Source: Octopus sinensis (taxonomy: Eukaryota). From it: a DNA stretch of 64,000 bases. Under the pieces are notes generated by a model. The model did not search any database and was not told where the DNA came from. It saw nothing but the letters and a program-made list of their open reading frames with translations. Both the position numbers and the translations under genes were made by a program. Shown here one piece after another: positions 1-13,099 of this stretch. The stretch spans positions 558,001-622,000 of the forward strand of contig NC_043007.1 in the NCBI RefSeq assembly GCF_006345805.1. The letters run 5' to 3'. Within the stretch, counting starts at the first letter, position 1. The number at the start of each line of letters is the position of its first letter.

Positions 1-16
1 TATATATATATATATC

Positions 17-84
<68 letters not shown>

Positions 85-513
85 GTATATATATGCGTAT
101 ATCTACACATATACTTATGTATACATACTTTATATATATATATATATATACATACAAACACACTTAGACACACAAACGCAGACGCGCACACAAACTCACA
201 CCACAAATACACGCACACCACACCACACATACACAGAAACACACAAAATATGATGAATAACACAATACACGAAATAACACGAATGATTATACATATATAT
301 ACACACATATACTTTTGTATACATATGCATATGTAACTATGTATATATATATTATATATATACATGCGTATATATATGTATATATTTATAGTATATTATG
401 TTTATGTATGTATGTATATTATATATAATATATATAGTATATATATATATATATATATATAGGTATATATACATATATACATGCACAAACGCACACAGAC
501 ACACAGACGCAGA

Positions 514-555
<42 letters not shown>
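1..555. repeat. (TA)n/(CA)n compound microsatellite
   Basis: Direct reading; the ORFs at 75-622 are translations of it. Confidence 0.95.
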
Positions 556-557
<2 letters not shown>

Positions 558-1009
558 TTATTTTTGTTTCAGAAATAATATATTATAATATAACATATTT
601 CATTACGCTTACTTTTGGTTGAGAAGACTTATAAGAAGGATTGTGGATTTGAAATTTGAAAAAAAAAATGGCAGAAAAAACGTAAGATTTTTCTATTCTT
701 TTTCAAATAAGTAACATTATTTAAATATATTGAATTTTCTAATGAAATTTCTTCGAGATGATGAAATAGGGGTTAGGGCAGGGATGACATAAATTCTGAT
801 TCCATTGCAGTCAGGAATAATTGCTTGTAATGGTAACCAGTTGCGTAATATATTTATGGGAAGAGCGAAGATCTGCGCAAACATTTTCGCAGTTCACAAC
901 GTCTTGGTGAGAAACCGGGTCTGTTACGTTCTGCGTCTTTACACAAATTCCATCATCTTCAGATTGATATATATGTGTGTGTGTGTGTGTATGGATGGTA
1001 TGGATAAAT

Positions 1010-1017
1010 GTATTTAC

Positions 1018-1050
<33 letters not shown>

Positions 1051-1495
1051 GAGAGAGAGAGAGAGAGAAAAAAGACTGGAGGAGAAGGGAGAAGGAAAGG
1101 GAAAGAAAGAGAGAAGAGGGAAGTGAATTACAAGTTCAGAAAAGAATAAAACGATCGAATATGATACGAACCGATTAACAGGAAGAGGAGGAGGAAGAGG
1201 AGTGGGAGGAAGGGGAGGAGAAGAAAAAGAATGTAATGATGATGATGATGATAATGATGGCGATGATGATGATGACATTGATGATGATCATCATGATGAT
1301 GAGGATGATGATGAAATAGAAGAAGAAGAATGTGATGATGATGACAGTGATGTTGAGGATGTTGATGATGATGAGAAAGAAGGAGAAGAATAGGAAGAAG
1401 AACGAAAAGTAGTAGCAGAAGTACAAGAAAAAGAAGAAGAAAAAGAAGAAGAAGAATGTGATTATGATGACAATGACGATGATGATGATGAAGAA

Positions 1496-1540
<45 letters not shown>

Positions 1541-1770
1541 GAAGAAGAAGAAGAAGAGGAGGAGGAGGAGAAGAGGAAGAAGAAGAAGAAAAAGGCGAAG
1601 AAGACGAAAGGGAAGAAGAATGTGATGATGATGACAATGATGTTGATTATGTTGATGAAGAAGAAGAAAAAGAAGAAGAAGAAGAAAAGGAGAAAAAGAA
1701 GAAGAAAAAGAAGAAGAAGAAGAAGAAGAAGAGGTGGAGGATTAGGGGAGGAGGAGGAGGATGGGGAAAC
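1010..1770. repeat. (GA)n then (GAT)n/(GAA)n/(GAG)n purine-rich compound repeat
   Basis: Direct reading; the motif gaagaagaatgtgat recurs near 1323, 1450 and 1613, with a variant near 1224. Confidence 0.9.
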
Positions 1771-2370
1771 AAAAAAGTAGATGTAGGCGGTGGTATGTGA
1801 GAGTGAGTTAATAAGTGACGCTAGTTATTGAATACTTTATGTAAGAAAAGATTTAGTGTAATCCGCCAAAAGCTGATTAATTCTTTCTTGCAATCACGTT
1901 TTGAAGATTAAAAATTGAAGACACGGTGTTAAATAATAATTTTACAGACCCATCACGCTCCCTCCCTCTCGCACCACATTCACACACGCATACATGCGTT
2001 ATATATATTTATACTTAAATATATATATATACACATACACACATCCGCTTGAATGCAAAATAAATTTTCAAAAACAATATATTTATACATACAAACGTAG
2101 ATTATATGTATTATCATAATCTGAGATTATGCCTACAAGTTACATCATTCAATGGTCATACCTACAAACATATATAACCATACACATGCACACACGTACA
2201 GAAGCGCCGAAAACGTAATGATTTTTATAATATACATGAGTTTCAGAATGCTGGTAAAACATCAATCACGTGAGCTTATGGGCCTTTTTTATGCGACAAC
2301 GTCCGCAGGAAGTCTTCGTCATCATTATTTTCTTAATGGCCGCTGGACGAAATGTTTGGCGGTATTTTGC

Positions 2371-2756
2371 GGCGAGCTGGCAGAAACGGTAGTCGCCGAG
2401 CGAAATGCGTACCCGTATTTCGTCTGGCATTACGTTCTGAGTTCAAATTCCGCTGAGGTCGACTTTACCTTTTATCCTTTCGAGGTCGATAAATTAAGTA
2501 CCAGTTACTCACTGGGGTCGATATAATCGACTTGATCCGTTTGCCTGTTCTTGTTTGCCAATTCTGTGTTTAGCCCCTTGTGGGCAATAAAGAAATAGGT
2601 ATTTTGCCCGTCGTTACGTTCTGAGTGCAAATTCGGCCGAGGTCGATTTTGCCTTTCATCCTTTCGGGATCAATAAATTAAGTACCAGTGAAATACTGGG
2701 GTCGATGTGATCGCCTTAAAATTTCCGGCCTTGTGACTGTAGTAGAAAGGATTATT
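2371..2756 (+). mobile_element. tRNA-derived SINE family A, dimeric (head + 2 body units)
   Basis: Box A-like gagctggcagaa and box B-like gagttcaaattcc. The body is repeated after junction gaaataggtattt, and the copy ends in an alternative tail ...gtagaaaggattatt. Confidence 0.85.
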
Positions 2757-3068
2757 TTCCTAATAGCGTTATTTTGATCAAACCGGTTCCATTTCTGCGT
2801 TCCTTTTCCAATATACAGTGCACAAACTTCCAACGCGACCCTGTTTAAGGTTATGAAGATTGTCAAACCATGTTGGAAATAAGAGTCGATTGTGGAACTG
2901 GCTATAACTTTTTTGCAAGTTTGTCTTGGAATCACCAGTCCAATAGAGGGCAGTTTGAACTACAGCAGCGCTTTTACACCTTTTTTTTTTATACAAGCGA
3001 GGCAAACTGCATTGAAAAGCCTCTTACGGGTTCGAATATCATCGAAATATGTTTGAACTGGTCCTAAG

Positions 3069-3170
3069 TTTGTCGCTATGTTCTGAGTTCAAACTGCACC
3101 GATGGGTCGATGTAATCGACTAGCTTTCCCCCAAAATTTCAGGCCTTGTACCTTTAGTAGAAATAATTAT
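3069..3170 (+). mobile_element. SINE A degenerate fragment
   Basis: ttctgagttcaaa...gtcgatgtaatcgac...aaaatttcaggccttgt matches the other A copies. Confidence 0.6.
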
Positions 3171-3428
3171 TGTTGTTATTATTATCATTGTCTTCACACA
3201 GCTTCTAACACTGGAATGTACTACGGTGTCAACTGTCCACTACCAGTGAACTAAGGTAACACCTCTTATTTTTCGAGCACCTTCCAGAGTATTCGAGCGG
3301 TTCCTATCAGTGCTAGTTTTCTGCATTATTAATATTATTATTATTATGAGAGGTATTTTCGTATGAGTGGGAGAAAGCGTATGAAATAATATTTCTAACA
3401 TATACACAAAAACACGATTAGGCCAGAT

Positions 3429-3465
<37 letters not shown>

Positions 3466-3479
3466 AAATAATAAATGCA

Positions 3480-3723
3480 TCCTTTTAAAGTCTAGCCAGG
3501 CTCATGGGCCCGGTTTCCCGGTTTCTATGGCGTATTTGATCCCCAGCTGGACGGGACGCCAGTCCATCGCAGCGTTACTCATTTTGGGCAGCTGAGCGGA
3601 CTAGAGCAACGTGAAATGAAGTGTTTTGCTCAAAAACACGACGCGTCGTTCGGTCCAGGAATCGAAACCACAATCTTACGATCATGATGCTGACACCCTA
3701 ACCACTAAGCCACGCGCCTCCAC
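3480..3723 (-). mobile_element. tRNA-derived SINE (head E + CORE-like centre + tail X)
   Basis: The reverse strand reads gtggaggcgcgtggcttagtggttagg...gtttcgattcctgg (box A/B), then tttttgagcaaaacacttcatttcacgttgctc. The tail gatggactggcgtcccgtccag...gaaaccggg is shared with 41935-42203. Confidence 0.8.
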
Positions 3724-3989
3724 ACACAGACAGATATATATATATATATATATAATATATATATATATATATGCACATGCATAATATATAGGGATGTATA
3801 TAACTGCAAACACTATATATATATATATAAAGTCCTCTTGATATTGGTCTGTTGGGCAGTAGGAGTGTCACTCTAATGTCTAAAACCACAAATATTACCA
3901 AAATTTTACTTGACACGTTTGCTTGAACTGGCGTCCAAAGGATCGGTTGGAATCGTCTCTGTACCAAATCTGGTATCAACGCCAATTCA

Positions 3990-4007
3990 CGTTCGTCGTC
4001 TTCTTAT

Positions 4008-4048
<41 letters not shown>

Positions 4049-4140
4049 TAGAGAGAGAGGAGAGAGAAAGAGATACATAGATAGAGAAATAGATATAGAT
4101 GGTAGGCATATATGATGATGAATACTTACACACAAGCTTG

Positions 4141-4223
<83 letters not shown>

Positions 4224-4258
4224 TAATATATAACACATATATATATTATATATATATT

Positions 4259-4311
<53 letters not shown>
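3990..4311. repeat. (TA)n/(GA)n microsatellite
   Basis: Direct reading. Confidence 0.95.
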
Positions 4312-4313
<2 letters not shown>

Positions 4314-4944
4314 CAGGGTAGTAGATGTCAAGCCATGTATGTGCTGTGTTGAAGTATTTCTAAAAATGATAGTATTACTTAACGAAACTGAAAGTAGAAA
4401 TAGGTAGACAGTCTCAGCAACAGACTTACAGATGTAGCGGTCTGAAAACGAGAATGCGTTTGTGTGTGTGCATGTGTGTATGTATGTGTGTGTGTGAGGT
4501 GCATAATATATTCCACGCCATCATGCATTAGTGCGTCTATACATCCGTACATGGATTCGTACATGCACAAACAGTTACACGAAAGAGACAGAATCAGATC
4601 CAAATGAAAAGAAAAAAAAAGTGAATACGTTCACATATTTGCACAAACACAAAGAATTCAGAAAAAATGTAAAAAAGAAAAATGAAGAAGAAAGTAAAAA
4701 AAAACACAACAAAAAACAAAAAACAAAATCAATTATGCGACGGAGAAGTGGAAAGTTTATGTGAAACCGTCAAACGATAACAAGGATTTAAAAACAGAAA
4801 TTCAATGGAAATCTGTTTGGGGATTGGTGATAAAAAAACAAAACAAAAAGGTTATGATATAAATACGTTTTCGTTTTTATATCTGGAAATTTCCTACACA
4901 TGTATGCATGTATATAAGTGTGTGCATGAATCTCTCTTCTCTGT

Positions 4945-5132
4945 ATTATATATATATATATATATATATAAATATATACACAACATATATTTATATATAT
5001 ATATATATAATATATTTATATATATATATAATATAGTATATGTATACATATATATATATATATAATATAGATTATATCTACCTATATCATTACTGTTGAT
5101 CATAAATCATACTATATATATATTATATATGT

Positions 5133-5169
<37 letters not shown>

Positions 5170-5177
5170 GTATAACA

Positions 5178-5216
<39 letters not shown>

Positions 5217-5568
5217 CTATATATATGTGTGTGTGTGCGTGTGTGGGATGTGTTTGTTACCTATTGTTTTTGCCCACTGGATAGTTTTCGTTTGTGCTTC
5301 TGTTTTTTTCTCTCTCCTATTGCTGTTGCATACAACAAATAGTGAGGATGCATATCCCACAGCCACACCCACGACCGCCAACCACAATCACACCCATATA
5401 TACACACACATTCATATACGGTGTCATGTGCATGCGTGTGCACAGTACATATATACATGTAAGTGTATACACGATTGGGCGTGTTTCCTATGTGTGTGTG
5501 TGTGAATCTATCTTTGCACATATACACCACATGCATACATACATTCATGTATACATAGATACATACAT

Positions 5569-5599
<31 letters not shown>

Positions 5600-5920
5600 C
5601 AAATACATATATATGCATACACATACATATACATACTCACACGCGTATGATCATATATACATATATATGTTTATATATATGTATGTATGTATGTATATAT
5701 ATATATATATATATATACGTATGTATATATATATATATATATACAAATGCATATATATGCATACATATACATATACATACCCACATGCTTATGTTCATAC
5801 ATACATATATATATGCATATATACATTTATATGATGTATATATATATCCGTATGTATGTGTATATATATATATGTATATATATAGATATATATAATATAT
5901 ATATAGATATATATATATGA
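4945..5920. repeat. (TA)n, (TG)n, (CATA)n microsatellite cluster
   Basis: Direct reading; short unique spacers lie between the tracts. Confidence 0.9.
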
Positions 5921-6204
5921 TTGCTTATGCATGCGTGTGCCTGGAAAAAAATTTAGGATACTTTGGTTGACATATATATAAGATACCAATCATTTTTTTT
6001 TATATGGTAAAACATTTGCTTTTATTACGATTAAATCAATAGTCTTTATTTTCTCTTGTTTCCTTTTTCGTCTTTCTTTCCCTCTAACACTAACACCTCC
6101 TCTTCATTTCACCCACCTCTCCACTTCTTCCTCCTCCACCTCCTCCACTTTTTTCTTCCACATTGTCATCATCATGATCATCATTATCCATCCCCCCCTC
6201 ATTA

Positions 6205-6336
6205 TGTTTTTAGTATTATTATTATTTATTATTATTATTATTATTATTATTTTATTATTATTCATTATTATTATTATTATTTATTATTATTATTATTATT
6301 ATTATATTATAATTATTATTATTTTTTATTACTTAT

Positions 6337-6389
<53 letters not shown>

Positions 6390-6420
6390 ATTTTGTTGTT
6401 GTTGTTATTATTATCATTCA
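6205..6420. repeat. (TTA)n microsatellite
   Basis: Direct reading. Confidence 0.95.
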
Positions 6421-7509
6421 CGGTTTTAAAAATACATTACGTATACTTTTATATATGATCATTATTATTTTTTTTTACCCCCAAATGCCAGCCAAACAAA
6501 TCTCCATGTTTGTTTGGTCTCTGCATGGTGGTAATACGAAATGTCACGAATGGCTTGACTCGTATGAATTCGCTTTCATCTGCAACATTTATACTAGTTT
6601 CAAACAGAAAAGAAAAGGAAAACAAAATGCTGAAGCATCGCCTCCACTACACATGCGAGGGTGTTGGTAAATTATTAGATTCACTAAACTGACCTTTGGT
6701 TTGGGAAGGGGATCTGCATGGCTCTCGTTATTTGTATCTCAATGTTGATCGGATAAAACGTTCTAGAAGCAACGGCCAGGTAGATTCTCGTTGCTAAACT
6801 GGGACCTCCCCAGCTACACAAATTCATGAATACGACGCGCTCAGTTATACTGAGGACAATAAATAATATTTGTTTACATTAATTGCATTTTGAATTTCAT
6901 TGATGATGCTTAGTGGGAAAAACGAACAAAGTGAAAAATGAATGTTTTTACAAATGCAATGACCCGCAATTGTTCTGCAGGAGATCAATTAATTAATAAC
7001 GTTTGATGTTGACAACCTAACATGATGCGAACAGGCAGAGCCAGAAAATTTTTTGGTGTCGCTTTTGTAAATCATTTTATTTCATTTAAGGACTCTTCCG
7101 TGATTCTACATTAAAGAACAAACATTATATATAATAGCTCTCAATAAATAAATATAAATGAATTAAAAGAAATTAAAATGAAAAGAAGCGGTTCTAAAAC
7201 GTCACTCTGTTTATTGAGAATTTCCAATAATATTTGAATTAGCTGAAATTGAATTAAACAGTTTTAAGATCAAATCTATGACCCAATCGATCGATTTCCT
7301 TCATATTGAAACAATATTAATCTATATTGCATATATTACTTTTTTATTTTATAGAATTTGTGCATTTATGATATTTTAATTAATGGAAATAGCAGATATG
7401 TTTCAATTATTCAAATTTTGGGTTAAATAAATAGATTTCGGATGTTCCATTTATCATATTTGTTAAACGAGATATTTTCCAATCATATTACCTAACCCAA
7501 AGTGAAGGG

Positions 7510-7600
7510 TGTGCAGCGTTTTGCTTAAAGTGTTAGTTTTACGACCATATGTTCGAGGGTTCAAATCCTGGACGAACTGCGCGTTTTGTCCCTTCATTTC
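7510..7600 (+). mobile_element. degenerate tRNA-SINE head (E-like)
   Basis: gcttaaagtgttag...gagggttcaaatcctggacgaactgcgcgttttgtcc resembles the E-family head. Confidence 0.45.
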
Positions 7601-7875
7601 CCGACGCTTCAATCCATTCAGCAAAATAACTGCTCGCTGAGTGCTCGGTGCTGTCACACCTCTCTCTTTCTCGTCAACTTCCACATGTTGGATGTTGCAT
7701 TAGTCAAGTGCAGATACGGTGCAGACTAGTCAAGTGCGGAGACGGTATTTCTATCTACACGCTACACGCTACTCTATAGGCACATAAAGCAGTTAACGAA
7801 AGCGTAGAACCTACTACAAAACCACACTCTTTTGTAAATGACAGCAGTAATCATAAATAGTTCAACTATTAAAAG

Positions 7876-8265
7876 CAGGGACGTACCGCCTAGGTAGGCA
7901 AGACAGACACTGCCTACCTTAAATAAAATAAATAATATTTATGGCAAAATATGGACCTAATTCAATAAAATTATGAAGGTTACTCTGATTACTATGCATA
8001 AAATGCAAAATATTTTATTTTTTCTGTAGATTAGACAGGCATTATTCGCCTCTGCATTTTAATCTCAGTATTAAAGCTATGCATAGTACTGGTGTAGTAC
8101 ACATGCTGCGTACACTCCTACAACACAGTTTTCTTTACGCGCTATAAGGGCAGAAGTAAAGCTGCTTTCAACTCGGTCAGTACCAGTGTTTCGCTTAATT
8201 TTTTGTGTGTTTTAATACATAAAAGTCACCAACTGCCTACCCTAAGTAATGACGGCACGTGCCTG
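7876..8265. mobile_element. non-autonomous hAT-type DNA transposon (MITE), 390 bp
   Basis: TIRs are cagggacgtaccgcc and (reverse complement) caggcacgtgccgtc, 12/15 identical. The 8-bp TSD is attaaaag (7868-7875) / gttaaaag (8266-8273). Subterminal tgcctacc motifs occur at both ends. Confidence 0.75.
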
Positions 8266-8584
8266 GTTAAAAGGAAACAAGAAAACAATAATAAAAAGAA
8301 ATGTGGAAATTTAAATATTTTTCCCAGTGCGTTAGTTTCTTTGGGCCTAAAATTATGATGTTTTATTATTTATCTTCAGGTGCTCTTGATCTCACATACC
8401 TATAGTCACACATGTTCCAATTATGGCCACCCTGTGTGCGTGTGTTGTAGTTTATCTCGGGCAAAAATACTTCCACGTATATTCTGTTTTTCATACCTTT
8501 CGGTATATGGGTATGCGATTACGCATAGAAATGCATGTGCGCGTGGAAGTTCGTATATATATATATATATATATATACGTGAGC

Positions 8585-8765
8585 ACCGCCAGCAATTTTT
8601 TTTCCTCTGTCTTCCCTTCTCGGGATCTTTCCTTCTCCTTTGTTTCGACGAAGAGCTCCTCTCAAAACGTTAAACCCTCCTTCCCTTCTTTCCTGAGCGT
8701 CCAATAATACTTTATTTGTTCCACGTCCTCGCGTTGGTGTTTTTTTTTTGTTTTCTTGTTTGGAT

Positions 8766-8770
<5 letters not shown>
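8585..8770 (+). mobile_element. P2 repeat (Penelope-like pLTR-derived?), degenerate hammerhead-like core
   Basis: Matches 13100-13290 and the reverse complement of 19450-19600 (gaagagctcc..ctc.aaacgttaaaccctcc...cctgagcgtccaataatac...tttggattaact); flanked by (TA)n. Confidence 0.7.
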
Positions 8771-8849
<79 letters not shown>

Positions 8850-9283
8850 TGTATACACATATATGTGTATGTATATGGGTCTTCTTTTTTCTTCTTCCTC
8901 TTTTTCTTCTACTCCTACTTCTTCCTTTCACTCCTTCTTCACTTTCTCCTTCCTCGACTGTTGCTGCTTAAACCATAAAACTTTAGAACGAAACATGCAC
9001 CCATAAAAACGCCTCTTCAAATCCGCTACAACCTACCTTACCAGATATCACAAAAGAAAAGAGGGAGACAGAAAAAAGGAAAATGTCCTACCTATTTCAA
9101 GGCTATGGAAATATTTAGAAAGCATTTCATTAATTTTTTTCTTCGATATAATTGTTTTTATTCTTAATTAATATTCACCTTTGTTCTACTCTTAGTTGAA
9201 AATGTCGAAAAGAAAGAAACCGCTACTGACCCCTGGAACATGTATTTCAGGACAAAATTATTTTAGCATTTCCTACCTTGTCT

Positions 9284-9359
<76 letters not shown>

Positions 9360-10153
9360 TAATAAATAAAACATATGCATATATATAAACATATATGTAC
9401 GTACCTACCTCTACATGTACATATACACGCATATATGAGTACAGGACACCAAAAGGACGTCGAACACAATGAGAAACGAAAACATAGACACAAACCCAAG
9501 GAACTGGACATTTTTTTAAACAACAAAAAAATAGAGTACAGGACAATTAACACAAAGAAAAAACCCCTTCTTCAGTCGCTATGGTTTATATATACATATA
9601 TTATATGTATTCATGTAGGTGTGTGTATTTATGCACACTTTGTGTATAATCCTTTCACATATGAGTGTAATTCGAGGTTCACTCCTTGACTCCGTTGATG
9701 AATAACTTTCCGACGGCAATAATAACATCTTTTCATTTCCACTGCTAATGCCATGAAAATCGTTCAATTCCCGCTGTCTGTAGCCATGTTCTTCCCATCT
9801 GCGCAGAAAACAATGATTCAAATGTGAACCAGCGCAGTTAGAAAGCTGCTGACAAAGCAACCACATTAGAATACACTGATTCCCATTTGCATTTATTTGC
9901 TCCCACAACAATAAAACAAAGATTCATGAAAAGCGGAATATATGCCATTTAATAAATCGATAATTATTCCGTTTGATGAGTAACTTACAACAAAATATAA
10001 ATGTAATGAATAATTTTGATGACTTTCGAAATAATTATATCGTTCTGTAATATTGGCTCTCTCTCCCTCCCTCTCTCTGTCTCTCTCATCCTCTCCTTTT
10101 GTATACATCCATATGTCTGTATCTATATCTATATGTATCTATCTGAAAAAGTA

Positions 10154-10291
<138 letters not shown>

Positions 10292-10447
10292 TATCTATAT
10301 GTAATCACATACGCACATACACACAGGCACGCATAGATTTATATGCGTACTCGAGTACAGAAATATGTAGATGTGAGTGGAATATATTTCCTGCACTCTT
10401 CAAAGTGCAATAAGGGACCATTTATATTGTTGATTTAGTCCCACGTA

Positions 10448-10651
10448 AAGGGGGCGCGCTGGGAGAATCGTTAGCAGGCCGGGCAAAATTCTTGAGCGGT
10501 ATTTCGCCTGTCTTTGCTCCGAGTTCTAATGCCACCGGGATCGACTTTGCCTTTCATCCTTTCGGGGTCGATAAATTAAGTACCAGTTACACACTGGGGT
10601 CGACGTAATTGACTGGTCCCCTACCCCAAAATTCCGATAGTAGAAAGGATT
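10448..10651 (+). mobile_element. SINE family A monomer
   Basis: Head plus gactttgcctttcatcctttcggggtcgataaattaagtaccag body. Confidence 0.8.
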
Positions 10652-10689
10652 TGGTCCGAGGTATAATCTGATCGAAGGCAACGAAACAG

Positions 10690-10820
10690 CCAGTTGCAAA
10701 AGCATCGAATAGACTGCGTTGCAGTATTCGCCTTGCTTCTCTGCACTCTGAGTTTAAATAGCTAAAAGGAAGTTAACTTTACCTTACTTCCTTCCGGGGT
10801 CGATAAACAAAGTACCGGTG
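10690..10820 (+). mobile_element. SINE A degenerate copy
   Basis: ctctgagtttaaat...ttccttccggggtcgataaacaaagtaccgg. Confidence 0.5.
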
Positions 10821-11076
10821 TTTCCTTCTACCTTTCTGCCTGTCTCTTTCTGAAAATACAAACTGCAACTCTGTTCAAATCTACAGATTGCTGGGTGCAC
10901 TAAGTCTAGACGAGCTCCAAGACACCCTGCATGTCACGGCGGCACAGTTTTGGGATTCAATTAGAAACTGAGAGCTGAAGGCACGGCAAGATTTAATCAA
11001 GGAAGCCCCAAATGAAATTTCCATCCGCGAACGTCCTATCTTATTTCCAGACAATCTATCACATAAATATCAAGAG

Positions 11077-11490
11077 TTTTACTCTTTTACTCTTTTACTT
11101 GTTTCAGTCATTTGGCTGCGGCCATGCTGGAGCACCGCCTTTAGTCGAGCAAATCGACCCCAGGACTTATTCTTTGGAAGCTTAGTACTTATTCTCTCGG
11201 TCTCTTTTGCCGAACCACTAAGTTACGGGGACGTAAACACACCAGCATCGGTTGTCAAGCGATGCTGGGGGGGGGGGACAAACACAGACACACACACATA
11301 GGTACATATATATATGTATATATACATATATACGATGGGCTTCTTTCAGTTTCCATCAGTCAGATCCACTCACAAGGCTTTGGTCGGCCCTAGGCTATAG
11401 TAGAAGACACTTTCCCAAGGTGCCATATAGTGGGACTGAATCTGGAACGATGTGGTTCGTAAGCAAGCACTTACCATACAGCCTCCATTC
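11077..11490 (-). mobile_element. tRNA-derived SINE family C, full length
   Basis: The reverse strand has a tRNA-like head, a CORE-like gcaccttgggaaagtgtcttctactatagc, an internal microsatellite, and a 3' ggcggtgctccagcatggccgc...gactgaaacaa with a (gtaaaaga)n tail. Confidence 0.85.
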
Positions 11491-12648
11491 ATATTCTTTT
11501 GTAAGGTGGTGTTTGAGGAAAAATTACTCACGCGTTTTAGCATGTTGAGTGACCGCTTAGAGGCTCTATCGTTGGTTCGTGATAAAAGTGTATCGTGTTA
11601 GAAAAATAGAAAGAGAAAAGCAGAGCAAAAGGACATTTTAGCGAAGAAGGAATCTTTAAATTCTGTGTAGCTTATCTATAGCTGAACACTGCTTTAATAA
11701 TTTATCTTTCATGTAAAATATGGATGCACTTCGTACTTGATAACACTAAAGAACATCTTTATCACGTGTCATCGTTGGTTGGGCAAACAAGAGCAAAATA
11801 TGCGCAAACGCGCGTGCATGTTGTATTTTCCGAGTCGCATTATATCCTAGATTAGCCTAGAAACTTCTAGTACAATATTATTGGGTTTTGATCACGAGAT
11901 GCTTCTCGAAGAATTAGTCTTGACAATCATGTAATTTCCATATTTTTTTCTTTGTTTTTAAATTGAAAATTATTAGATCTCAACCATGGGGTTTCTGGAG
12001 CAATAATTATCAATGTAACTGCTCAGGCATCGCATCCAAATAATTACATTGTGATTATTAATGTTTATTCTTAGAATCTTTTCTAACAGTAACTATATCA
12101 TTTTGTCTCCAACCGATTCCTTTAATCCCAAAACAGCACAATAAAGACGACGATAGCTGTTCTCACAACTCGTTAATTTTAAGTCGATATTTCTCTGTTG
12201 GAGATTCAAAAGGAGTATTTTGTCACGTGTTGCTTTTGATTTTTTTTTCCTGGTTTTGTTTTTATTTCCTATGGAAAACGGAAGAGTATTTTTTAATGCA
12301 TCCTTTTTAAAAAATTGCTTTAACATGAAAAATAAAAATAAAAAATAAAGGAAGAAATTTAAAGAAGTCTTTTTTATTCTGTTCCGTGTTTTACTATTCA
12401 GTATTATGTTCGTTTGTTTTTGTACTTTGCAATCCATCGCCGAAACGACTTCATCTTCATAATGAACTTATCGACGACTAATTGAATTTCGATTTCCTTG
12501 TGGAAAATATTCTCATTTAAAACGTCCAGATAACAATGTTTGTTGTTTAGAAGTGAGGATACGGTCCAGAAACCTGATAGAAATATCCTGCACAAAAGAT
12601 GTCACTAACAACAACAATAACAACAGCAATAGTGATTTTAAATGTTGA

Positions 12649-12757
12649 CACAAGGCCAGCAATTTCTGGGGAGGGAGTAAGTCGATTACACAGACCTCAG
12701 TGCTCTACTGGTACTTAATCTATCGATTCTGAATAGTTGAAAGGTAAAGTCTACCGC
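12649..12757 (-). mobile_element. SINE A degenerate 3' part
   Basis: gtcgattac...actggtacttaat.tatcga...gaaaggtaaagtc. Confidence 0.55.
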
Positions 12758-12799
12758 GTATATATGATATGTATGCATGTGTGTGATATGTATCCATGT

Positions 12800-13000
12800 A
12801 TCTCTCTCTCTCTCGCCATGATCGTTCGCTACTTCACACATTTTTTTCTCTCCTTGTTTGTTTTTCTGTGTCTCTTTCTGCAGAAGAGCGTAGGCTCGAA
12901 ACGTATAATACTTTTTCTATTCCTGAGCGTTATACTAATACATCTGTTTGTTTGCACATCACCTGTCTTCGTCTTTTGTTTTTATCGTAAACTCTCCCTA
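12800..13000 (+). mobile_element. P1 repeat with hammerhead-like motif (core 12878-12905)
   Basis: ctgcaga-a-gagc-gtag-gctc-gaaacgta. The body matches 19228-19425 (reverse complement), 58255-58450 and 62925-63160. Confidence 0.75.
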
Positions 13001-13025
13001 TATATATATGTATGTATGTGTGTGT

Positions 13026-13082
<57 letters not shown>

Positions 13083-13099
13083 TTTGTGTGACCGCGTGT

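Noticed and set aside
805-960. Non-repetitive segments of ORFs 805-1149 and 811-1278
   Set aside because: Short, unrecognisable peptides that run into microsatellites, without convincing splice sites.
3835-3990. GC-richer insert between (TA)n tracts
   Set aside because: It is probably a transposon scrap, but no frame gave a recognisable motif and there is no second copy in the window.
6492-6517. Small perfect hairpins (ccaaacaaa/tttgtttgg; also 14196-14221)
   Set aside because: Stems of 8-9 bp are too short for a pre-miRNA and are expected by chance.
7701-7747. 20-bp direct repeat tagtcaagtgc(a/g)ga(t/g)acggt; similar 22-bp duplication at 18321-18362
   Set aside because: Isolated small tandem duplications with no further structure.
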